A DNA stretch of 32,000 bases from Rhodospirillaceae bacterium (GCA_947476695.1 CANJRD010000013.1:69605-101604); one strand, 5' to 3'. Shown: positions 9,462 through 16,454, counted from the first letter of the stretch. Program-made: numbers and translations. Notes: a model not told the origin generated them from the letters alone.

Positions 9462-9625
9462 TGCTATAGGCATTTGTAGAATTCATTGCGCATGACGTCC
9501 GCCCGCCCCATGCGTCACGAGTAATCCGCGCTGACTGCTATTCAAGATAGAACGCCCGCGTTCCAAGTGGTAGCGTTCGGGGACAGAGGCGCGCCATTCA
9601 TCGGTCGGTTGTTGGCGGGGGAAAA

Positions 9626-11236
9626 ATGCAGATCACCGCGTTTCAGGTCACGAATTTCCGGTCGATCAAAGATTCTGGGTGGGTAGACCTTGAGAATTTA
9701 ACGGTGCTGGTCGGTAAGAATGAGTCCGGCAAAACATCACTGCTCAAGGCGCTTCATAAATTCAAGCCGTTTCAACCCGATCCCTATTCTTTGGATCGGG
9801 AATGGCCGAAAGGTGATCGCAAGAAGCGCGATCTCAAGGCAGTCGTTTGCCGCATCCGCGGTCAGTTGAACAAGGATGAGATAGCAGAACTTGTAGCGCA
9901 GCAAGTCGATCTCCCACTCGATGCGCCGTTCGTGATCGCCAAGAATTACGAAGGCAAGGTCTTCGTGGAGTTGGATGCCAACGTCTTCGTGCCACGCCCC
10001 TCAGCTACCGCGATTGCCCTAGCCTGTGCGCCGCTCCGGGTGGAAGTCCCTGATACGGACCAAGGGTTGCGGAGATCCCTTGAAGCCGCAATTTCTGACC
10101 TCATCACTCGAGCAAATAACGGACAATTACCAAACACTGCGGATGCAGGCGCTTGGGCAAGAGAACGAATGGCGCGCGTGTTGGTGATGGCGGACAACGA
10201 ACCACAAACAGCCATTCGGACAGAATTCGCCACTAAGTTCGTCGCGGCAGCAATGGCGCTTAAGGCCCTGCCCCCGGTCACAAAAATTCTATCTGATTAC
10301 CTTATCTCCAAAATTCCGACGTTCATCTACATGGATGACTACAAGTCGTTCCAAGGCACCGCGCGCTTGAATGAAGTGCAGCAGCGTAGGAAGGAAGGTC
10401 ACACAACGCCGGAGGACAAGACGCTGTTGACGATTATGGCGCTGTCCGGCCTGGATTTGGATAACGAGGTCACGAAAGGAGGCAGCGCAGATACCGTCGT
10501 CAAGGAGCAACGGCAGTATGACATGAACGACGCCGGGCTTACTTTAACCAATGAGATTTCGGAAAGATGGAGTCAGCGCCGGTATGAAGTGCAGTTCCGT
10601 GCTGACGCGTACTCATTTTTCACAATGGTGAAGGACCAATCCGGCGAACATTTGATTCCACTTGAGGACCGCTCAAAAGGTTTCCAGTGGTTTTTCTCGT
10701 TTGACCTACTCTTTATGTACGAGAGTAAGGGCGACTTTAAGGGCTGCGTCTTGCTCTTGGATGAACCCGGCCTACACCTTCATCCAGACGCACAACGCGA
10801 CCTGCTGAATCGTCTGGAGGCTTACGCGAAGGGGAATACCCTGGTCTATTCGACCCATCTCCCGTTCATGATCGATCTGCGCAAGCCAGAGCGCATCCGC
10901 ACGATTAGCGAGACGAAGGACAAGGGCACGATCGTGGACAAAGATCTCAACCTGAGCCAGCCCGAGGCGAAGTTCACACTCCAAGCCGCGTTAGGAATGA
11001 CCGCTTCCCAAAGCCATCTGATCGCGCAGCGCAATGTGGTGGTGGAAGGTGCGGACGACTTTTGGATCGTTAGCGAGTTGTCCGATCTGATGATTCGTTC
11101 CGGGATGACGGCGTTGCCCGATGATGTCATTGTCACAGCTGCTGGGGGCGCTTCAGAAGCGGCCTATGAGGGTCGCGAAATCGCCGAGGTCGCAGCCCCG
11201 GCTCAGGCACTTTCGATCCGACGCCGGTGCCAATGA
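9626..11236 (+). CDS. OLD-family-like ABC-type ATPase with the start of a Toprim domain; apparently 3'-truncated
   Basis: 536 aa with GGGGGA 4 nt upstream of the ATG. Walker A LVGKNESGKTSLL; signature-like SKGFQWFFSF; Walker B CVLLLDEPGLHLHP; H-loop VYSTHLPF. The first Toprim motif follows (NVVVEGADDFWIV ... VTAAGGASEAAY), but no downstream DxD motif appears before the stop. The last ~25 aa look unrelated to the family. Sampled lines give ~47-50% GC versus ~60% or more in the core genes. Confidence 0.6.
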   Translation: MQITAFQVTNFRSIKDSGWVDLENLTVLVGKNESGKTSLLKALHKFKPFQPDPYSLDREWPKGDRKKRDLKAVVCRIRGQLNKDEIAELVAQQVDLPLDAPFVIAKNYEGKVFVELDANVFVPRPSATAIALACAPLRVEVPDTDQGLRRSLEAAISDLITRANNGQLPNTADAGAWARERMARVLVMADNEPQTAIRTEFATKFVAAAMALKALPPVTKILSDYLISKIPTFIYMDDYKSFQGTARLNEVQQRRKEGHTTPEDKTLLTIMALSGLDLDNEVTKGGSADTVVKEQRQYDMNDAGLTLTNEISERWSQRRYEVQFRADAYSFFTMVKDQSGEHLIPLEDRSKGFQWFFSFDLLFMYESKGDFKGCVLLLDEPGLHLHPDAQRDLLNRLEAYAKGNTLVYSTHLPFMIDLRKPERIRTISETKDKGTIVDKDLNLSQPEAKFTLQAALGMTASQSHLIAQRNVVVEGADDFWIVSELSDLMIRSGMTALPDDVIVTAAGGASEAAYEGREIAEVAAPAQALSIRRRCQ

Positions 11237-11251
11237 TCGAGGACGTCACGT

Positions 11252-11405
11252 CCTAAGGAATGTGCTGGCCCGCTTCGAGGACCTAGGAAATTCCGCCGCG
11301 TTCGCCCTGGTCCCTAGGAAAAACGCCTTTCGGTTTGGAAGAGCCTGGGTGAAATGAATCCCTGTTAGTCCACGCCTAGGAATTTCACGTCGTATATCAA
11401 GACAT
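11252..11405. repeat. Five phased ~31-bp units, each beginning with CCTAGGAA or a variant
   Basis: Unit starts: 11252 CCTAAGGAA, 11282 CCTAGGAAA, 11313 CCTAGGAAA, 11344 CCTGGGTGA, 11375 CCTAGGAAT. Spacings are 30, 31, 31 and 31 bp. Units 0-2 also share a loose gcc..TTCG core. The array spans the gap between the OLD-like stop and the convergent oxygenase-like gene and runs into the latter's last codons. Confidence 0.65.
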
Positions 11406-12099
11406 CGCGTCCGCCCGCCACCCCGGCGAGCGGCTCAAGGCCGTGAAAGGCCCCGGACGAATTGGCGAAGGCGAGCATCGTGTTCGGCCTATAGGGGATC
11501 GTCTTCACCAGATCAAAATCCTCGCGCGCGAATTGCGTGCCCATTTCCGAGACGTCGGCGCGATTTCGGATCCGATAGAGCGAGGTGCCGAGCGACGGCC
11601 GATCATCCGACCGCGGGAGGTAGAACAGCGCGGTGACGGCCTTCTTTCTGGCGTCCATGTGCGGCGTCAGGAGGAAGCTATTCTTGTCCCGCATCAGAAA
11701 AACTTCGGGATAGAGCATCAATTTGTCGCCGCGGACTTCGGGGAGATCGGTCGTGAGACGTTGGCGGATCACGGACTCGAAGCGCCGAAGCCAGGCCCCC
11801 ATGAAGCCCCGGTCCATGAAGATGGCGAACAGTTCATTCCAGAACAGTGCCTGTGGCGTCGCGGCGGACGTCGCGTCTCCCCCGCCCATGAAGCACAACC
11901 GATTGCGATTGTAGTTCTCCGTGACCCGACCCGTCTCAACGAGTGGCGTGTACGCGTCATCGGAAAGGAGATTATCTTGGATCGACTGGTAGAATTCGGG
12001 CGGGAAAACCTGTTCGATCACTACGTGCGGAAACGGGTCCGGCACGATGCGCGCATCCGCAATTTTGGCTAGCAGATGATCCTTAACGTTCAAAGACAT
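11365..12099 (-). CDS. 2OG-Fe(II) oxygenase-superfamily-like protein (HxD...H motif)
   Basis: The track ORF starts at 12213. The likely start is ATG 12097-12099 (MSLNVKDHLL...), overlapping the FkbM stop by 17 nt. N-terminal PFPHVVIEQVFPPEFY, then LLTPHMDARKK (HxD), SGAFHGLEP (distal His) and RDVLIYD (Arg) fit the double-stranded beta-helix oxygenase pattern. Family call by motif only. Confidence 0.5.
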   Translation of the reverse strand: MSLNVKDHLLAKIADARIVPDPFPHVVIEQVFPPEFYQSIQDNLLSDDAYTPLVETGRVTENYNRNRLCFMGGGDATSAATPQALFWNELFAIFMDRGFMGAWLRRFESVIRQRLTTDLPEVRGDKLMLYPEVFLMRDKNSFLLTPHMDARKKAVTALFYLPRSDDRPSLGTSLYRIRNRADVSEMGTQFAREDFDLVKTIPYRPNTMLAFANSSGAFHGLEPLAGVAGGRDVLIYDVKFLGVD

Positions 12100-12859
12100 A
12101 CTCGCCCGTGCCTTTGAAGAAGCCCTCGGTGCGTTGCGCTTTCTCGAATTGCGCCGGGTCGTGCCTAAAACCAAGCGCGGCGAGGTGATCGACGATGACG
12201 CGATGCTCGTCAAGGCCGGAATTGATCTCGATGATGATCGAGCGCACGCGATTATCCTTCAGCGTTGCTGCCGCACCCTTGATCACCTTGTGCTCCAGTC
12301 CGTCGACATCGATCTTGATGTACTCCGGCACCTCCATCGCGCCAGCAGCGATGACTGCGTCAACGGTGGTCGCAAAACAGCCCTGGGTAAAAGGCAGCTT
12401 GGCGGGCTGGAGGTTCGGATCAAGGGCCGCGCCGAACGTATGACAGGATCCGCCGACGTCGCCGTCGGAAAGATAGATCTTGTCAAACTTGATCTCGTCC
12501 GACAGCGCGGCACTCCAGGCTATCACGCGATGACTAAGCTCATTAAGCCGAATGTTGCCAGACAGAACCGCATAGTTCTGCGCTTCCGGCTCAAAGGCAT
12601 AGACGCGCGCTTTTCGGACGGCACCGGCATAGACCGTGTACATCCCCACGTTTGCGCCGATGTCGAGCAGACAAGCACCGCTGGGGATACGGTTGAGCCA
12701 CTGTAGCGTAACCGGCTCCTTGGTCGCGAGCGTCTGAACGCGCCAGAGACACCTGAGGTTCGGCGTCAGATAGCGCAGCGCGACGCCTCCGACGTCGACA
12801 TGGAGCGTAGGCTGCTGCCCGTGCCGTTCGACGACACTCGTGAACTCGACAAGATCCAT
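12083..12859 (-). CDS. FkbM-family SAM-dependent methyltransferase (Methyltransf_21)
   Basis: The track start 12886 is a TTG. ATG 12859 has GAGGG 5 nt upstream (ATG 12871 is also possible). LLDIGANVGMYTVYA ... VYAFEPEAQNYAVLSGNI ... YIKIDVDGLEHKVIKGA are characteristic FkbM-family motifs. Confidence 0.75.
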   Translation of the reverse strand: MDLVEFTSVVERHGQQPTLHVDVGGVALRYLTPNLRCLWRVQTLATKEPVTLQWLNRIPSGACLLDIGANVGMYTVYAGAVRKARVYAFEPEAQNYAVLSGNIRLNELSHRVIAWSAALSDEIKFDKIYLSDGDVGGSCHTFGAALDPNLQPAKLPFTQGCFATTVDAVIAAGAMEVPEYIKIDVDGLEHKVIKGAAATLKDNRVRSIIIEINSGLDEHRVIVDHLAALGFRHDPAQFEKAQRTEGFFKGTGEYVFER

Positions 12860-13720
12860 GGCCGCCCTCATTGTATCTCGCTGCAAAATTAGCTGCTCGC
12901 GTCCTGCGAGACCAGCCGGAATGCGGCGCTAGCTTCTGCGATTGACCCACCAGCCTCGCACAGTCCGAAATTGTCGCGTTCCAGGTCGACGAGGCCTCAG
13001 GGAGTACACCCCGCACCATCAGCACTAGCGGCGCGGTCGCCCCGAGGGCCTCGGTTGCAGGTGATCAGGTAGCCGGTACGGCCCTGCATCCTCGCAGGTT
13101 TTCATGAAGTAAGCCCCGGCGCGCAAATTATCGATCCGGCCGCGACGGCCAGGAAACTGCGCCCGCCAATGATCGGCTTCATCTCACAAGGCCATCAAAA
13201 ACGGTTTGCCGAAAAGTTCCCACCGGCGAAAGCTGCGAAACTCGGCGCCGACTGCGAAGCAATATCGTGGCTCGCTCCCACGGCTCTGGGCGATGCCGAG
13301 TGCTTTGAAGAGTGGTAATCCCGCTGGCGGGCCCATATTCCCCTCGCGTGCGCGCGCGAAATTTTATCACACCGGCGCCGGTAGATCATCCTGATCGGCA
13401 AAATCGACGCGCAGGATTCAATTCGCGCAACCGTGCGGCTTCACCGTGCGCATTCGGGCTGCGGAGGCCGCTGGAGCACATCGTGCGCCGTGCGCTAGGC
13501 ATGTAGCCAGCGGACACGACCCAGGCATCGGCGACGGCTTCTTGCCAAATATCCCGACACATTTCCCGGAAAGGAGCGCAGCACGATCGCACAGGCGATC
13601 AGAAAGGCCGTGAAGCAACTTCCTGCCGAAAGCTGAAAGTTCGTTCACGCGGACTATTGGAACTCCAAGAGATATGCGCTTACTGGATGGGGCCTCGACC
13701 AACTCCGAACGAGGCCATCG

Positions 13721-13954
13721 ATGCTCCCATCTGAAAAAGACGCGAACTTTTGCACTCCGATTGCAAGTCGCAGGGTAAAGACCGAGCGTGCTGCAAGACA
13801 TATTGGACTTGCTACCGCCACTCTCGAAACCGATCGAGCCACCGGTAAACTCGGCATACCCTTCTACAAGATCGGCCGGGCCGTCATATACGATCTCGAC
13901 GAGTTAGATGCCTGGCTCGCCGCGCGTCGCCACACCGCTGAGGTCGTGGCGTAA
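13721..13954 (+). CDS. AlpA/excisionase-like helix-turn-helix DNA-binding protein
   Basis: 77 aa with GAGG 7 nt upstream of the ATG. RVKTERAARHIGLATATLETDRATGKLGIPFYKIGRAVIYDLDELDAWL matches the phage AlpA/Xis-type HTH_17 pattern. The stop overlaps the next ATG (TAATG). Confidence 0.65.
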   Translation: MLPSEKDANFCTPIASRRVKTERAARHIGLATATLETDRATGKLGIPFYKIGRAVIYDLDELDAWLAARRHTAEVVA

Positions 13955-14193
13955 TGCACCAGCCCTCAAAAACGAAACTGCCGCCCACTGGTGAGGTGAG
14001 CGGCGTTTCAACTTCGGTATCGAGCGACGTGGAATATCGCAACGATATTGAAGACGCGGTTTCTCCGCAAACATCTTTTGTTGGCGCATACAGTCGAAGC
14101 GGTCGAAACGACATTGAGCCATTTGCCGATGTCCTCGCCCGTGTCATTCGTCACGCCGAACGCGAGCGTGCTTTGCAAGAGGGCCGGCAATGA
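13954..14193 (+). CDS. Hypothetical 79-aa protein (island module)
   Basis: Translationally coupled on both sides (TAATG at 13952-13956, ATGA at 14190-14193). No family recognised. Confidence 0.4.
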   Translation: MHQPSKTKLPPTGEVSGVSTSVSSDVEYRNDIEDAVSPQTSFVGAYSRSGRNDIEPFADVLARVIRHAERERALQEGRQ

Positions 14194-14762
14194 CCGACCT
14201 CTTGCAGGAATACGTAAGCTACTCCCCGACCGATGCTCAGGTCGCGTGGATGCAGGGCACGCTCGACATCCCCGCGGACATCTTCTTCTCCGGCGCGACG
14301 CTGTGCGGCGTCGGAAAGGTCGCATTCGACGGCGGTACGTTTGTTCCTGATACTCAACGCGGCGCTCCAAGCATCATCGCTCCCTGCGGGTTCCGTGGAC
14401 CGAACAGGCTCGGTTGGCAGACGGTCGACGACATGGTCGCGTTTCGACCGAGTTCGCCAAACGATTGGGCGTGTCGGTCGAGATTGTGTCCCATCCTCGG
14501 TGAGGAATCGGTAGAGGTCGCGCGGTGGAACCGGATTCCTCTCCTTCTGCATAGCAACCCGTTGGACTGGTTGCGTGCTGGAGGACAAGGCGCCGTCATC
14601 CTTAATTGGCATCGATCCCCGCGCCTCTGGTTGAGCGACGTCTCCGTGATCATCTGCGACACGGTCGCGCTTGGCCGTCGTCTGTCTGATGCCCTACGGC
14701 AAGCCTCGCTCGCGACCCCCGAAATCCGAATTTCCAGAGAGGTGCATCGTGCAGTCGCTTAA
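14190..14762 (+). CDS. Hypothetical 190-aa protein (island module, upstream of the RepA-like fragment)
   Basis: ATG 14190 overlaps the upstream stop. The position, between an AlpA-like gene and a RepA-like ATPase, is typical of replication modules in small integrative elements. No family recognised. Confidence 0.45.
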   Translation: MTDLLQEYVSYSPTDAQVAWMQGTLDIPADIFFSGATLCGVGKVAFDGGTFVPDTQRGAPSIIAPCGFRGPNRLGWQTVDDMVAFRPSSPNDWACRSRLCPILGEESVEVARWNRIPLLLHSNPLDWLRAGGQGAVILNWHRSPRLWLSDVSVIICDTVALGRRLSDALRQASLATPEIRISREVHRAVA

Positions 14763-14973
14763 GCATCCGCTCATGGAGGCCAGTGTCCCGCTGGTTCTCG
14801 TGGAGAAGCCTCGCCTTCGAGCCGTCGGTATCCACGAGTTTATGAGCATGGAGATACCGCCGCGCGAGACCGTGCTCGATCCCATCCTGAAGGTTGGTGG
14901 GCTCGGTATGTGCTACGCGCCGCGTGGAATCGGAAAGACCTTCTTTAGTCTTAGCTTCGCCTACCCCGTATGA
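14749..14973 (+). pseudogene. 5' fragment of a RepA-like RecA-fold ATPase (AAA_25) gene, truncated just after Walker A
   Basis: From GTG 14749 or ATG 14773: ...MEIPPRETVLDPILKVGGLGMCYAPRGIGKTFFSLSFAY then PV*. This matches the usual N-terminal pattern of AAA_25 proteins (pP.e.lv.p.l..Ggl.mlyaprGvGKT.l.lslA) but ends ~10 aa after the P-loop. Confidence 0.55.
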
Positions 14974-15553
14974 CAGCACCGCGGGCGAAGTGAAGGAGTT
15001 GCGGCTTCGGCACTTGGAGCGCCTTCCGCTCAGTGCGTCATACCCCGACCTCGCCAAACGCTTGCGCGAAGTTCATGACGGCCTGAAGCAATATGAACAG
15101 GCGGAACGTTCTGCCCTTGTTGTCGACATCACCGGCACCGGCCGGAGCGTTGTCGAATATTTCCGCAAAGCAAGCCTGTCACCGATCGAGGCTTGGATAA
15201 GCGCAGGCATGGGCGAGAAGGAAATGGAGCCTAATGCGTGGCGTATCGCCAAGGTGGAGCTTGTCGGCCAACTTCAAGTCCTAATGCACTCCGACAAGTT
15301 CAAAGTCGCGTCGGGGCTGGATCTGGTTCCGGTTCTTAAGGAGGAATTGACCAACTTCCGCATGAGAGCGCCGTCAACATCAGGCGATGACGTCGAGTCC
15401 TGGCGTGTCGGGCGAGCCGACGATCTTGTCTTCGCTGCGGCGCTGGCTACCTGGCGCGGACAGAAAGACATTCCCATGCACAAGCACGCGGCGCAGGAGA
15501 TGGCTCGGAAGATCGACGAAATGAACGAGGACCTCTGCAAGTGGGTTGTCTGA
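14969..15553 (+). pseudogene. Fragment B: terminase-nuclease-like (RNase H fold) protein lacking its first strand and N-terminus
   Basis: ...YDSTAGEVKELRLRHLERLPLSASYPDLAKRLREVH...SALVVDITGTGRSVVEYF...NAWRIAKVELVGQLQVLMHS...EELTNFRMR...GRADDLVFAAALATWRG. The acidic motifs D-x-TG-x-G and (H/A)DDLV..A.ALA.W are as in terminase large-subunit nuclease domains. The 5' part of the track ORF (14894-14968) is out-of-frame overlap with the RepA-like fragment. Confidence 0.5.
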
Positions 15554-15726
15554 CAATCGGCGTTGACCTCGGCCAGGCCAATGATCCAACCGCAATAGCG
15601 ATCAGTGATCGACGCGAGACAGAAATACATATCCGGCACCTTGCGCGCCTACCTTTGGGAACGCCTTACCCCAAAGTCTGCGAACACATTAAGGTCATAA
15701 AACGTCGTCGGATCACGGGGATGTAG
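15541..15726 (+). pseudogene. Fragment C: N-terminal ~55 aa of a second terminase-nuclease-like gene
   Basis: The GTG start overlaps the fragment B stop. LTIGVDLGQANDPTAIAISDRRETEIHIRHLARLPLGTPYPKVCEHIKVIK parallels fragment B (ELRLRHLERLPLSASYPDLAKRLREVH) and supplies the first-strand Asp motif that B lacks. It ends at TAG 15724-15726, where the antisense UPF0489-like homology begins. Confidence 0.45.
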
Positions 15727-16356
15727 ACCGGCTATCGTACAAAAGTAGTCCAAGTCTATATCTAGGATATACCCCCCGGCGCCTGGGAAGCCTGGTACGC
15801 GTTCTTCGATATTTTCCACTATGGGTCGCAGCTTCTCGGCCTCTAGCGCCGCATCCGCTAACTTCCGCTTTTGTTGGTCGGTTCTGTAGTTATCCGAGAA
15901 CCCAACAGCGCGTTCCTCGTTCGGCATTACTTCGCTGCCTATGGAGGGACCCAGCACAATGAACGCGGGTACCTGAATTATGCCGGCCCGCTGGGCGCAG
16001 TCTATTTGCTCGTCGTACCGCAAATGCGATACCGCCATGTCAATCGTGGCCTCGTCATTGAAATGCACCGAAGCCATTTCTGAAGCCACTATCTTCTCGG
16101 CTTCCACCTCGTTCGGGGAACCGGGATAAAACTTGCCATAGGCGTGGCCGACAAAGGCGCGATGTAGATCTGTATGCGCATCAAGGGTGACTAAGGTCGG
16201 TGCGGCACTAGTTTGCCTTCGCAATTCGGCCCAAGGCCAAAGGGCGTAGTGGTGCTTTTCAAATACGTACACCGCTTTGTCGCCAATGCTGTGTCGCACG
16301 ACATAGTCGGTTGCTCGGGACACGCGTGAGGGGGCGCGCAGGTCGGGATTGTTCAT
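15649..16356 (-). CDS. UPF0489-family-like protein (function unknown), probably 3'-truncated
   Basis: 235 aa with GAGGGA upstream of ATG 16354-16356. EKHHYALWPW ... LVTLDAHTDLH ... GGYILDIDLDYF match the HH..L / hlDaH.Dl / lDIDLDfF motifs of UPF0489. The last ~25 codons (15652-15726) are simply antisense to fragment C, so the native C-terminus appears lost. Confidence 0.55.
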   Translation of the reverse strand: MNNPDLRAPSRVSRATDYVVRHSIGDKAVYVFEKHHYALWPWAELRRQTSAAPTLVTLDAHTDLHRAFVGHAYGKFYPGSPNEVEAEKIVASEMASVHFNDEATIDMAVSHLRYDEQIDCAQRAGIIQVPAFIVLGPSIGSEVMPNEERAVGFSDNYRTDQQKRKLADAALEAEKLRPIVENIEERVPGFPGAGGYILDIDLDYFCTIAGLHPRDPTTFYDLNVFADFGVRRSQR

Positions 16357-16373
16357 CTATCCCTCGCGGTTGC

Positions 16374-16394
16374 GGTGCTTACTGGGTGCTTACT
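16374..16394. repeat. Tandem 10-bp direct repeat GGTGCTTACT x2 (11-bp period)
   Basis: Copies at 16374-16383 and 16385-16394, in the 98-bp AT-richer spacer between the UPF0489-like start and the tRNA-Thr 3' end. A 6-bp-stem hairpin (ACCGAA aag TTCGGT) follows at 16406-16420. Confidence 0.5.
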
Positions 16395-16454
16395 ATGCGG
16401 ATCCCACCGAAAAGTTCGGTAGAAAAATGTTCTCGTAAGTCATTGAAATGTAAA

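Noticed and set aside
11121-11357. 78-aa ORF as a possible frameshifted continuation of the OLD-like Toprim domain
   Set aside because: None of the three frames after ~11165 shows the expected Toprim DxD region. The ORF runs through the CCTAGGAA repeat array and looks non-coding.
11252-11405. CRISPR array interpretation of the ~31-bp periodic repeats
   Set aside because: Only an 8-9-nt motif is conserved per unit. There are no full-length repeats alternating with unique spacers, and no cas genes in the window.
13068-13080. Possible internal third att copy (GGTAGCCGGTACG versus TGGTGCCGGTTACG)
   Set aside because: It matches only with two indels, which cannot be distinguished from chance by eye. 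It is therefore not used to subdivide the island.
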